Assembly: GCA_001179505.1 (NCBI GenBank)
Contig: CDMY01000407.1
Span: forward strand, 21,386-85,385
Direction of reading: 5' to 3'
DNA from: Vitrella brassicaformis CCMP3155
Taxonomy: Eukaryota > Protista > Chromerida
Length of the DNA: 64,000 bases
Program-made: the position numbers and the translations under genes
Notes under the pieces: model-generated
The model's input: only the letters and a program-made list of their open reading frames with translations
Told to the model about the DNA's origin: nothing
The model's database searches: none
Shown: piece by piece, positions 12,467 to 24,998 of the stretch
Layout of the letters: every line of letters starts with the position of its first letter
Position numbering within the stretch: position 1 is the stretch's first letter

Positions 12467-13900
12467 TGACGTACGGGCAGTGAGTGTGGTACACCTGGGC
12501 ATCTGCTGGGACCTTTTCGCCGTCCTGATACACGTAGAGTGTCTCGTCGCTGGGGGCTGGGGAGAAAAGGATAGAGTAAGAAGAGGAATACAGAAGGAGA
12601 CCAACGCCCGCCGGTGTTTAAGCCAACCAGCTCGCCGGCGTCGCGATACGGGCCCGCCTGCCTGCGTACCGGCAGCTGATTGACAACCAGCAATTCCCCA
12701 TTGTCGACCGGGTGCAGAACAAGCGGTATGATGCCGTCACAGTCTTCGACGTGCGCCCTCCAAAGCTTCACTTCATCGACAGCATTGAGGAATACGTCAA
12801 GTGGGCTCTGCTGTACTGTCGCAGGATGGCGAGCCCGTCACGGCATTCTTTGAATGTTTGCGGCGTCTGCAGGTGGTGCGCAGTCATTTCGTCGACCAGA
12901 ACACAAATCAACCAAGGCCTCGAAGAGGACGTTGCGGCTTCCCCCGTGCTGGATGGCGCACTGAATGTGGTGAAAAGTCGTCGACGCTACCTGCAGCACG
13001 TGGCCACCACCGCCCACCAACGGCTCCCAGCGCAGATTATCCAGGATGGGGTGCATCTGCTGCATCCCGTCCTTCACGAGCTCATCGAGCCCCTGGCAGC
13101 ACTGGACGTGCAGTACAGTGACGCCCTTCCTGAAGCCACCAAGAATCCTGCCACTGACTCGGCGTTCTTCCACCGTTTCGTCGAGTGCGGCAAGCGGTCT
13201 TTCAGCAAGTTCGGCCAGCGGCTGGATACGATTGTCGTCATGTCGCATGTGGCACCCATTACTACGGGGCGCTTCCTCAACTATGTCCTTCTCATGCTGG
13301 GCCTGTTCTTTGACGGCAACCTGCAGGAGGCCTTCTACCGTGCCTGGCTCATCACGAACCGAGCCCCGACCCAGGCAGACGCCCTCGCTATCGCTCGCCG
13401 GTACGTACGATGGAGGTCCTGCGCTTCGAGCCTGCCAGCACCAAGTGAGTCGACTGGACAGCTGCGAGGACCACACAAGCCCTGTGTGTGTCTGTGTGTG
13501 CGGATGTCTCTCTCCTCTGTCCTTACAGCATGTTCTTTTGCTACCTGGAGTCTGCCACCGCCGCCATCAGTGATGTCCTTTTGCGCAACACCATCGCCTA
13601 CCCCGGTACGCCACTGGTACGGCATAGGACACAACTGCAATAGTCCCAGCCGGCCCCACACCCCCCGATGACCAGAGGGGGCTGTGGCGGCCGGCTGGCT
13701 GGCTGGCTGCGTAATGCACGAGAGTGCGTCGTACCCTCCTTGTTCTTCTCGCATGTGTCCCGCCCTCAGATCGACACGACTACGCTGACCTTGGCGAGGA
13801 CCGAGGCGGTGCAAGCCGCCATGGATGCGCGACGCAATGGCCTTCTCGACTTCCTCGAGACACATTTTATACGGCGGCCTTGCTCGCTACGCACGACACA
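12467..13900 (+). pseudogene. Helical hypothetical protein (likely lineage-expanded family), multi-exon, possible pseudogene
   Basis: Long coding-like frame ANQLAGVAIRARLPAYRQLIDNQ...RFLNYVLLMLGLFF... with an in-frame TAA at 12619-12621 just upstream. Later exon IDTTTLTLARTEAVQAAMDARR. Confidence 0.45.
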
Positions 13901-14012
13901 CGAGAACGGGCTGGTGTTCTGTTCTCTCGCTCTCTCTTTTTCGTTCTCTTTCTCTCTCTCTCGGCTTGTCACTAACAGTTGTGTCGCGTGCTCGTGCCTG
14001 TCCTCTGTGTTA

Positions 14013-14480
14013 CAGTCCGGACCGCGTAAGTGGGTCAGCACAGGGCTGACCCACTTACGCGTTTGACCCGCTTATACGTACTACAGAGCTGACCCACTTG
14101 TTTTCCAGCGACTTTTGGAGTGATATCTCGCTGTGAATGAATCACAGGAGCCTCTCAGAAGCCCATTGACTCTTTTTCTCGCTCGAAGTCACTCAAATTT
14201 ACGAAATCCGTCGATCATCTCAGAAGATGACAATCAAAATGGCTGTATTTCTCGATGGGATCACACTTTCATCGGTCCGCTCTTTCACAGAGAGATTCTT
14301 CATCGTCTTGCGGTCATTTTGAGCCATGAATGGTCGGTTTGGATGGCTGATTTGAGTCTCTTTGGCAGGTGACCCGGTTATCCGGTCCGTTTTTGACTGT
14401 GTACGGAGTGATCGGGATGGGCTGACCCACATACGCAACTGACCCGCTTATGCGGTGACCCACTTACGCGGTCCGGACTG
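14013..14480. mobile_element. MITE, Tc1/mariner (pogo-like) superfamily, 468 bp
   Basis: Perfect 25-bp TIRs (CAGTCCGGACCGCGTAAGTGGGTCA at 14013-14037; reverse complement at 14456-14480). TA on both sides (14011-14012, 14481-14482). Subterminal TGACCC(A/G)CTTA repeats; no transposase ORF. Confidence 0.95.
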
Positions 14481-14804
14481 TAGCGGGCGACTGTATGTGC
14501 CACGGCAATAAATGTCAATGGGGTGTACGGCATTTTTTATTGACCTCCGTTAACTGATGATTTGCGTACCCGGCCTGGCCCAACGGGCACAAAGCACAAA
14601 ATTCAATCCCTTTCTTCCTCGTGGAACGCACCCCAAACCCAACACCTCGAGATTCCCTTCCTCGTTGTGTCGTCGTGTCGTCGTCGGACTTTGTTCGCGC
14701 CCTCTCCCACCAAGCCTGCCAGCCTGTCTACTCCTTCAGCGTTTCAGGGAATGCCCTTGGAACTTTGCATAAGCTCGCGCACTCCCTTTTTCCTCTTGCC
14801 CCTC

Positions 14805-14835
14805 GGGGTTACAGACACGAGTCTCGTTAAACACA
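14805..14835 (+). promoter_or_regulatory. 31-nt module identical to 46986-47016 (minus strand), followed by (AACC)n
   Basis: GGGGTTACAGACACGAGTCTCGTTAAACACA in both places, containing the inverted repeat ACGAG-T-CTCGT. Regulatory role is inferred. Confidence 0.5.
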
Positions 14836-15558
14836 ATAACCAACCAACCAACCAACCAACCTTGCCAGCCGCCAGGGGAGAAACGTGGCAGTGAAGATGA
14901 CGAGCACAGATCGACCGGCAAACAGCAGCCGGGTGAGGCCATCTCCACGCAAAGCACTCTCTCAGATCAGTCACGAGCACACACCAAAGGAATGGCCAGA
15001 GTGACTGACCGGTGCTGTTGTGTTGTGTGTGTAGGTTTGCTGCCTCTTCGGAGGTCACTTACGAGCCCCCAAGTAGTGGAAGCGGCGAGCAGCCCACGGG
15101 GGGATTTACGGCTATGAGTTGCAACGACGTAAGTACTATGGTACTGATGTGATGCTACAGATGAGTTGATACATGAGTTCACTTTGACTATGTTCATTTG
15201 CAGTGAGGCTGTGGCTCGCAATGTGCGCGTGCGACAATCACGGCGGAGCGGATCTGAGACGAGCATGCGGTGCCGACTCAGCTGCATGTCAGTAGCATGA
15301 AATGGTGACAGTCGTGGACTCTTTGAATGCATGATCGAAGCTACATTGCATTCGTCACGGTGACACAGATGCTGGCCACACGCACATGCCCACACCACAG
15401 AGACGGGAGATAGATAGGCGAACAGCAAGGGAGGGGGATATCGGTCGGTCGGTCGATGTGTGTGAGTGTGGGTCGAGTGGGCCGTACCATGCAGCCAGCT
15501 GGAGTACACACGTTTGTGTGCATGTCATGTCATTGTTATTATTACACCCATTTCAGTA

Positions 15559-15590
<32 letters not shown>

Positions 15591-15639
15591 TTCTCTTCGA
15601 GTCAATTCATATGTGTTCGCACTGCAAACATATGTAGCT

Positions 15640-16180
15640 GTCTGTCAAATTCGTGCCTTCATGCTCCCATCCATCCATTGCCTCCATCCTTTCCCTTTGT
15701 GTGTGTGCAGCGTGGCCGGCTGTCAATTTCACCATGTCAATGTGCCTTTACCGGTCCGTGTACGCGTCCATGCATCCCATGACCAACGTGACTAAGGATT
15801 GTTGGCCGCCCGGAATGCAATGGGTGTTCTTGATTCGTGTCTGTCCGCCGTACGGGCAGGCCCGCTCTTTTTTTTCCCCTAGCCTTGACGTCTGCGACGC
15901 GCCTCTCGGGGTGGGTGCGTTATCGTTTAGGGTTGACATGAGATGGGATGCGGAAGTGCACAACAATGCGGCTGCATATGTGAGATGGACTCTCATGGGA
16001 AGACTGACTCATCGTGTCTTTGTAAATGGCAAGTCGCAAGACGTCTCTCGCTGGTCGGCTGAGCTCGGCTGCTTGACTGAAAACCATACATCGCTTCTTC
16101 ATTCATTCATTCATTCGTGTGTCTGTCTGTCTGCCCACTGTCTGCCTAACTAGAGGGATGGATACTCTCCCTGCAGCCAG
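15640..16180 (+). repeat. Diverged duplicated non-coding block, copy B
   Basis: Aligns by eye with ~9520-10045. Both copies lie 3' of a minus-strand retropepsin-like gene. Confidence 0.9.
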
Positions 16181-16296
16181 ACAGCATGTAGGCACCAATC
16201 AATCCCGTTCCTTGTCTGTCTGTCAGAGTATCTTTACCACTCACCTGTAATCGATCGTCCATCACTCGTTCTGGCGGCGGTGGTGGTCGTAGCGGA

Positions 16297-16803
16297 CTAG
16301 CACGAACGATTCGTCCTGGTAGTTGGGCAAGGCATTCGCTCGGAGGCCCTGAAGCCCGCTATACCCAACACGTTGACGGGCGCAAAGCTGTCGTGAGATC
16401 GGTGGCAGTCAATTACATCATCGCCTATCCGCACCCTCATCGAGTTGGGCACATCTCGGCCGCCCAAGAGCGCACCCATGGCCCTCTCGGAGAGGAATGA
16501 AGACGGCGGCCCCGTGACCACCAGAAACAGTACGTTGACGGGCTTGGCAGCTGGGCGAGACTCGTCGCGGCACACGAGATTGATGAGCATCCGTGATGAG
16601 TCTCCCCAGATCGTGCCCGCCCTCCACCAGCCAGAGGTCGAAGTAGAAGGGGCCTCCGACAGATACTCGACGCCCAGCTTGTCCATCGACACATGCTCAA
16701 GGTCCGCTTCCCTCAACTCGCTCGGCGGGAGCAGCGGGCCCGGTGCCTCCAGGCGAGTGACCACAAGCCCGGGCTGAGCCTGGCGTGACGTACTGGCTCC
16801 CAT
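16297..16803 (-). CDS. Retropepsin-like protease-fold protein lacking the catalytic Asp
   Basis: 168 aa ORF: VNVLFLVVTGPPSSFLSERAMGALLG...VRIGDDVIDCHRSHDSFAPVNVLGI. VTG replaces DTG; starts MGASTS. Confidence 0.6.
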   Translation of the reverse strand: MGASTSRQAQPGLVVTRLEAPGPLLPPSELREADLEHVSMDKLGVEYLSEAPSTSTSGWWRAGTIWGDSSRMLINLVCRDESRPAAKPVNVLFLVVTGPPSSFLSERAMGALLGGRDVPNSMRVRIGDDVIDCHRSHDSFAPVNVLGIAGFRASERMPCPTTRTNRSC

Positions 16804-18086
16804 CTGGCGGCCTGGGATGCTCGAAGGATGCGATTCTGGGAAGACGACGAAGGAAGGGCTTGTCAGCGACCGCCAAGGGGGCCTTTCCTCCTCTCAAATA
16901 CGCCAGAGATAGACGAAGAGGGTGACGCTGCTCAGAGCACACCAGCGAGAGTAAGGCACGTCAGAATGTGCTCTGCGTGGTATCAGAGTGTATTCTGCAC
17001 TCGTGTGCATGTGCGTCGTGCGTAATTCTTACCTTGGAAGCGTCAAAATCCGTGAGCCACAACGAAGATGCGAGCTTGGCTCAGGAAAGATCTGCCTGAG
17101 ATGAGATTGGGCTTTCTGCCAACTTTCTGATTCATCATCTCTTCTCGCGTGCTGGGGCAGATGATACCAGATGATGACGATGAATGGGCTCTGGGAAGAT
17201 GCTTCGATGAAGCGGCTGATGGACTCAGTATCGTCTGCCTCTTCGCCGCACAGGCAGGCAACCAAGATCGTGCACACTGCACACGCCATCCATCCATCCG
17301 TCCATCCGTCCATTGATTCATTCCCAGTTCATTCATGCGCCACAGATGACTGACTTTGCACGTGTGTGTGTGTGTGATTTGGCGCCCAGCCACCCACGCA
17401 TGCAAAAGACTACAGGTGGGTGGCTGGCGTGGGTGGCTAGGGGCGGTCACGTCACATGCATTGCAATGGATAGATGGTCGTGTGGGGTGTTTGTTGGGAC
17501 TTCTTTGCTCCGTGTGGTGTATAATGTAATTAAGGTTGGGACTTCTTTGCTCCGTGTGCGAGTTGCTGCCCGAGGTGGAGGAGGACAACATCTGCATCAA
17601 CTTCCTCGTGCGGCGTCTGAGCATCAACCTGCACTACGACCCCAACTCAGACGTACTTTGGACACTGCTGTCCACCGATCGCAGGATGCCGCCCAACGTC
17701 GCAGCCCACCGTGTAGGAAGCACCAAGAGCTACCCAGCTGGTCACTGGTTGCATCTGGTTGCTCAAGTGGTTAGGTAGAGCTCTAATTGAGACAGCACCG
17801 GTCTGTCAGCCAATCGTTTGCCTGACATGGACTTGTCCCATGCATGCATGGCCGATGCACTCACATGAATTCAAGACGTACGCAACCGAAACTATCAACA
17901 AAGAATCGACGACGCACGCAGCGCAGACAGGGCCATACGCACTCAGACAGGGCCATATGCACTCAGACAGGAGCATCACATCACACTACATAAGATCACA
18001 TGACATAAGGTCTCTCCGTGAGTGACGGCCTCCGTTTGACAGCGAAGAAATCCCACACACCCATAAACGTCCCATCCATCGGCTGA

Positions 18087-21020
18087 TCAGCCCATGGTGC
18101 CATGCGAGTCGACACTGTACACAACATAGAATGCCACACCCCCCAGCAGCACGACTGTCAGGCCCACAGACAGCACCCTTTTCTCCCATGCCGTCTGCTC
18201 GAGCCGCCGGATGCGCTCCATTCGCCGCTGCAGCTCCTCTGACGCCCTCTCCACCTCCCTCTTGTCGTCCACACCGCAGAACCACCGCGCAAACGCACCC
18301 AACACACCCACAACGCCCCCCCGGCTCCTGTGGCGACGCTCCTCTGTCTGCTCCTGCTGCTCAGACGTGGGCGCGGGTGGTTGCTGGTGCTCATCTGGCT
18401 GGTCTTGCCCGTCAGGAGGGTCCGCTTGGCTGCCATCGGGCGGTGTCTCGCTCTCGTTGGCAACGCCCTCCATTGTGGTGGTGTATGATGCACGGTTGGG
18501 GTCATCTGCACCGTCACCGTTCTCCTCATCTGCCTTGCGTTGGTCATCCCTGGCTGGCTGGATGTATCGCGTCCAGAAGGTGACGGCCGGCAGGGACTCT
18601 GGCTTGGGGGGCGGGGTGAGAAAGGACACCGTAAGGCCCACGATGATCGTCACAAGCCCCTCGAAAAGAGCCATGTACCTGAGTGAGCGTAGAGCGTAGA
18701 TACACCACAGAGACAGAGGTCAGGTGCCCAGGTACGGCGTGTGTTCCTTGCCCAGCTCACATGTAGTGCATCCTGACGAAGAGCCACCGGCTGTCGGGCA
18801 CACCGCAGGGCAGCGGCGGATCGGAGAACTGGAAGATCAGTCTGACGATGCCGACAGCTGTGCCGGCGACGAGGCCCCAGAATGCGCCCGCCTCGTTGTA
18901 GCGCGGGATAAGCATCGACGCCAGGTACAGCACACAGACTGCGACGAAGGGCAAAAGAGACACGCATGAAGGTGCTCTGCTCGTATTGTGTTGGGTATGT
19001 GTTGTGTTGACTGACTGGGCGGTGCGAAGAACGACGTGACAATCTGGATATAGTAGAAGACCACCCCGCCGTTGATCGCCTGGATGAGCGGCATCCACAG
19101 GACGCTCAGCGCCACAACAATACCCGCACCAACCTTGCCCACCTATATCACCACCAACCACACAAAGGAAGGGGGAGAGCAAGTGCACGCCCGCCGACAC
19201 ACAAAGTGCCAGCATGTACATGTGTATGGATCACATCACATCCACTCACGATCAAGAGTTCCTTGGTGGATGCCTTTCCCCTCCTGATGGGCTGCCAGAC
19301 ATCGAGGGTGAAGAGGGTGCTGGTGCTGCTGATGATCGAGTCCATGCTGCTCATGATGGCGGCCAGGAAGACAGCGACCATCAGCCCCCGCACTCCCTCT
19401 GGCAGCAGCCGCATCACCAGCAGAGGGAAGGCAACGTCACTGCACCCAGATCTCTCGCCACACGCCTTTTCACACGCCTCTTCGCTGGCACACGCTATGA
19501 TGTCAGGATACAGCACTCTCGCAATCATACCTGAAGAGACAGAGGGAGTCACACAGAGAGGCAATTGATGGGCGGTGGGTGCATCTGTGTCGTGGCCTTT
19601 CCCTCACCAGGCATCACGAAAACGTACAGCAGAGTCGACTTGACCACTGACGCGAGAAGGCATCCCCCCTGGGCGTGTGAAAGGCTGCGTGCAGCCATGG
19701 TTCGCTGTACCATCATCTGGTCGGCACACCAATGCCAAATTGACGACAGTGACTGGCCGAACACGAAGCCGGCCATTGGAATGTCCTGCACACAAGAGCA
19801 CACACACCCAGCTGGTCAAAGGGGGAGTCGGGAGCCTCACCGTGCGATAGGTGTGTGCCTTACAGAGCCCCAGGAGTCGCGAAGGAGAATCCAGTAGTCG
19901 TCTCTCGGCTGACCGCAGTCACCCACCGCACTCTCAGTGTCAGACGCAATGGCCATCGGGTACTGATCAACACACACCACAGACGACACCAGCAGCTGTG
20001 GAGCATTCTCCTGGCTGATCTCTCTCTCTGTCAGAGATACAACACACCTTTTCGATGAGTCCCCAGTACCCCCCGACTCTGTCCCACGCAATGCAGGCCA
20101 GCGTGACGGCGCCCACGACCATGCAGAGGGCCTGCAGGGTGTCGGTGTAGATGACGGCTGCCAGGCCGCCACCGATGGTGCAGACGGCCGTCAGGGCGAG
20201 CAGACTCAGCAGCGCCGCATACATATCCCAGCCCAGCACGACTCGAAGCAGAAGTGCAGCTGATGGACGGACGGATGCACCAACCACACCACACCACGCA
20301 GCCAGATAGGCATTGTTCAGTGGCGTGGGTGTGTCGTTGGCTCACCAGTGTAGAGGTCCACGCTAGTCTTGACGAGCACGTAGAGAACGAGCGACAGAAA
20401 GGTCAGGTACCCCCGCAATCGGTATCCCCCATATCGCTTCGTCATGTACTCAGGCAACGTCGACACACCCGACGACAACAACACCTGCACACAGCCACAC
20501 ACAGCCAGCATCGCATCAGAGCACATTCCCTCCTCGTGTGGTCTCCCCCCGTCTCACGCACCGGCAAGACGACCCATCCGAGCAGTGACAGGCAGAAGAT
20601 TGCGTCCAGCTCAAATGCACCCACAGATATCCCGAACTTAGCGGCAGTGCCTGGCAGGCCTATCCAGTGCTCAGACCCTTTGATTGCAATGAAACAACCA
20701 CACATGCGAGAGCAGTCAGCCAACACGTCCTTGCCTGAGCTGTAGCTTCCTGGCCGTACCGATGTTTGACGCAAAGATGGAGGCCCCCACCATGTAGAAG
20801 GGCATCGCTCTGCCGCCGAGAAAGTACCCCTGGATGACAGACCGCTTCGTACGACACATTGACAGAGCCGTGGCGGCGAGCGTCTGTAAGTGAACAAACA
20901 GCGCGAGCACAAGCACATGGCGTTCTTGTTCGTCTTGTGTGCGTCTTTTTGCCTCACCAGCGCAATGTACACCCCAATGGAAACATAGTCGCCGGTTGCC
21001 AGAGTGGCGGCGGATATCAT
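18087..21020 (-). CDS. Sodium:solute symporter (SSS/SLC5, SGLT-like), many exons
   Basis: [93 protein letters not shown] at 21020. Confidence 0.95.
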
Positions 21021-21179
21021 ATTCGGCAGACTTGCAAAAAACAGACACAAAAAGCATCAGATCTCGTTGCAGTCAACATAAGGCCCTGGTGTTCTTTTTC
21101 TTCTCTCCTGGAGCTAAGCTCGCAGCATTTGCGAGCTCAAAAGAAACGCATAGCCGAGAAAAGGAGTGATTGCATATAT

Positions 21180-23572
21180 ATGCCAGGGGGAGACTGTCCA
21201 CCTCGCACGCCACAACCATCATCATCCCTGACTGTCGTGCTGCCGCCGCCATCTCGTGCATCGCCATTATCCCACCATCCGCCCCGCGCCCACTCTCCCG
21301 GCCCTTCACCAGCACCAGCACTGGCGCGAGGCGGCGGCCCAGCGCCGGCTATCTACGGCCGCGTCGACAGCAGTGACAGCTCCGACGCACTCATGACGGC
21401 CAAGGGCGACCGCCACCACAGCAGCAGCTCCGGCAGCGCATCATGTGTGGTCGAGCTCGAGATACTCCCGGAGATACGAGTGTCACCGCCCAGCAAGGGC
21501 GGCGCTGATACTGTTGGTGCGGTGCCGGCGATAGGGCCCATTTTGATCTCTGGGGCGGGGTTCCTGGCGGACGCGTATGACCTGTTTGTCATCGACCTGG
21601 TGCTGGATATCCTGGCGCACGAGGGGAGGGGTCCACGCCCACAGACGGCGGCAGACAAGGGGGTGGTCGCGTCGGCCACACTGGCGGGGGCCGTCATCGG
21701 CCAAATAGGTGAGTGAGGAGGGACGAGAGAGGGAGAAAGAGAGAGATAGGAGGATAGAGAGAGAGGCCGCGTCTGACTGGACTGCCCGCTGTCCCTCGTC
21801 TCTCTCTCTTATGCAGGTTTTGGTTTCTTTGCCGACTGGGTGGGTCGGCGTGTTATGTTCATCACAACTGCCATCTTGATTGTTCTGGGGGCCGTGCTGT
21901 CGAGCGTCGTGCAGTGGGGCAGCATCGCGGGGATGGGACTTTACGGGCAGCTGGCCCTCTGCCGCTTCCTACTGGGGCTGGGCATCGGGGGCGAGTACCC
22001 GCTCTCAGCCACTGTCAGCTCTGAGAGTGCGGCCACGAGACGGAGGGGCCGCACCGTCGCCATGGTGTTCTCCATGCAGGTGTGAGCGAGGGATGAGAAG
22101 AGAGGCAATCAGATATTGTCTGTATGCCGAGTGATATGTGGATGTGTGCAGGGTGTGGGGATGTTGTTGTCGCCTGTGTTGGTGTGGATCTTCCTTAGTG
22201 CCAATATGAGCCTCGAGAGGACATGGCGGACTGTCCTGGCGCTGGGAGCACTCCCCAGTGCCCTTGTGCTCTACTTCAGGTCCAGCAAATGGCCCACAAC
22301 GACACCAAACCACACCCTGATGTCACTTCATTCTCCTTCTAATGTCACGCCATGCAGGTGGCGAATGGAAGAAACGAAGCTCTTCCGGCAGGCCGCCTCG
22401 CGAGCGGCCCCCCGCCCCCACCACAGCACCATCTCGCCCATAACAAGACAGTGGTCGCGACTGCGCAGCCGCGGGGAGGCCTTTGCGGCGCACTTGAGGA
22501 GGTCTTGTCGGATAGTCGGCACCTACTGGCGGCCCCTGCTGGGGACGACCCTCTCCTGGCTCCTCCTTGATGTGACCTTCTATGGAAACGGGTCGTTCAA
22601 GAGCAGCGTTGCGGAAGCTTTCAGGCCGGGAGACGAACAGACGAGTGAGTGACTGAGGAGCAGGGGAGAAGAGGCACACCACTATGTATGTGTGCGTCCT
22701 TGTGCAGAGCGTCATGCGATAATGGCTGACGCGTCGTTTGGCGTGCTGGTGGCCCTGATAGCCATCCCGGGGTACCTCTTGAGTGTGTGCTTCATCGACC
22801 AGATCGGCAGGCGGCGGCTGCAGCTGTGGGGCTTTGTCGCCATGGGGGTGTTCTTCGCCCTCCTGGGCATCGAGCAGATTGCAGGCGGTGGAATCCTGTC
22901 CCTCGAGCTGATTCTGTTTGGCGGCACTTTCCTGTTCAGCAACTTCGGCCCCAACACCACCACTTTCATCATCCCCGCAGAGGTGTACCCCACTCTCATT
23001 CGTGCCACCTGCCATGGTGAGAGAGGGAGGGAGGGAGGGAGGGAGGGAGGGACCACGTGACCACACACCAGACACAGGGGATGAACGGGTCATGTATCAT
23101 TCTTGGTGCAGGTCTGTCCGCGGCGTCGGGCAAGATGGGTGCCGTGATCGGCACCGTGGCCTTCACCCCCCTGCAGCAGGCCCTGGGCCTCGGCCCCCTA
23201 CTCATCATATGTGCCAGTGTGGCCGTCATCGGCGCCGTTGTCACCCTCCTCTTCACCGACGACCAGGAGGTCGACCTCACCCTGCTCGACAGAGACGTGC
23301 CCATCAACGACGAGAGCGACAAGGACGGCAACGGCCTCGGCAGCCCATCGGATGGGCGGCCGCTCCGTGCTGAGATGGATCTGAGTCTGTCTGACGATGA
23401 GGAGGACAGCAGCATCCAGCAGGCCATGGGGGGGACAGCCATGGCGGCGTATGAGGGTGGTGAGTCCCCGCGGAGCCCTCAGCGTTTCGGGCGGGGGGAC
23501 AGCTCAGATCTGGACAGCAGCCCTGCCAGCGGGAGGCTGGCAAGGGATGACAGGCCTTTCCGAGGGGCATAA
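21180..23572 (+). CDS. MFS phosphate:H+ symporter (Pho84/PHT1 family), multi-exon
   Basis: SGAGFLADAYDLF, RFLLGLGIGGEYPLSATVSSE, WLLLDVTFYG, FSNFGPNTTTFIIPAEVYPT and GLSAASGKMGA. Long disordered N-terminus; TAA at 23570-23572. Confidence 0.93.
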
Positions 23573-23927
23573 GTGTAGTGGTTGGTCTGTGTATTCGATG
23601 GATGAATCCTTTTGTGCCCAAGTGCGTGTGTGAGTTGAGTCGAATGCCTCTGTGAGTCAGTGCCTTCTTCATGTCGATTTTGGCGAGTTCGTGCGAGTTA
23701 GTGTGTGTCTTTGTACATGTTCATAGGACACGCTTTGGCCGACAATGTAATTCGTCAAAAGCGTTCGATTCAGCCCCTTCCCTCCAGCGATCCGACAGCA
23801 GCGGTTTCAGGGAGCACCCTGCGATCCGACAGGACTGCGAGCTTAGACCTGTCTGCAGAAGGAAAGAGAAACGCACGCACGACCGCTCTACAGCCCCGCC
23901 CCAGCGCTTTCAGCAGTCAGTCACGCA

Positions 23928-24450
23928 ATGGTACGCATGAATGCATTTTCGACACACCTACGGCTGCCGATGGCGAAGAGGCAGATGTGCGTTCCGCATG
24001 GCCAAGTGTGATTTTGCTGCTCTGTGGCTGCTGCTGCTTCAGAGTGGTGCGGCCAAGAGGTTCCTCCCGCTGCTGGATCGTGTGCTGGTGCAGAAGCTCA
24101 AGGCTGAAACGCAGACCAAAGCAGGGATCTTCCTCCCCGACACCGCTAAGGGACCGTCAAACCTTGCCAAGGTCACAGCGAAGCGAACACCGTACTGATG
24201 TGGCAGATGATGAGAGCAAGGGCATGTGTGGCTGTGTGGCTGTGTGGCTGTGTGGCTGTGTGTGTCTTGATGATAGGTGTTGGCAGTGGGGACAGGGAAG
24301 ATCACCAAGGAGGGCGCGACGGTGCCGTGCAGCGTCAAGGAGGGCGACACGGTGGTGATCCCCGAGTACGGCGGCATGACCATCAAGATCGAGGGCGAAG
24401 AGTTCCACGTTTTCCACAACGAAGACCTCATCGGGGTCATGAAGGACTGA
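23928..24450 (+). CDS. HSP10: 10 kDa chaperonin (Cpn10/Hsp10, GroES family), probably mitochondrial; 3 exons
   Basis: ATG (23928-23930), intron 23931-24042, then SGAAKRFLPLLDRVLVQK...GIFLP...VLAVGTG...VKEGDTVVIPEYGG...EDLIGVMKD; TGA at 24448-24450. Confidence 0.93.
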
Positions 24451-24998
24451 CCGACTTGATGTGATGACCCTCACTGGTCGGTTGATATGGGTCAGTGCAT
24501 GCATTTCCGTTGTCGTGAGACCGTGGCCGTGCTGCTGCGTTCTGCCTTCCTCCTTCCTCTTTTTAATGATGACTAACTGACTGACTGACTGAACGACTGA
24601 CTGTCTGATTGACTGACGGAGGCGGTGGTCACCGACCCCGCTGCTGCGTGTGCCTGTTGTGGTCGGGTAGCTCTGCTGCACACAGCACAGCACAGCACGA
24701 CGGATGGGCAGACGGACAATACATACGAACGTGCCATGCGTAGCCACCCATCTATCTGTCCATGAGGAGTTTTTGCCATACGTGGAGTCGTGTGTCGGCC
24801 GTGCGTGCGTGAAGGACCTGCATCGCATTGATGACCCGACTATCGATCGCCCATGCCTGGGTGACTGAGCGATGACCTTCATCCCCCATCCATCCATGAG
24901 TGAGTGAATCTATTTGTGCGTTCGTTTACCCATCCACCCACCGCACGGACGAAGCCAGCCAATGAATGTCACAGCAGCAGGCAATCGGTCTCTCTACA

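Noticed and set aside
13297-13345. LFFDGNLQEAF resembles the Fic/Doc motif HPFxDGNxR
   Set aside because: The catalytic His and Arg are absent and I see no other Fic helices; a DGN match alone is too weak.
17029-17778. Short coding-looking ORFs (17029-17313 minus, 17536-17778 plus)
   Set aside because: Isolated fragments without a supportable gene model or family motif.
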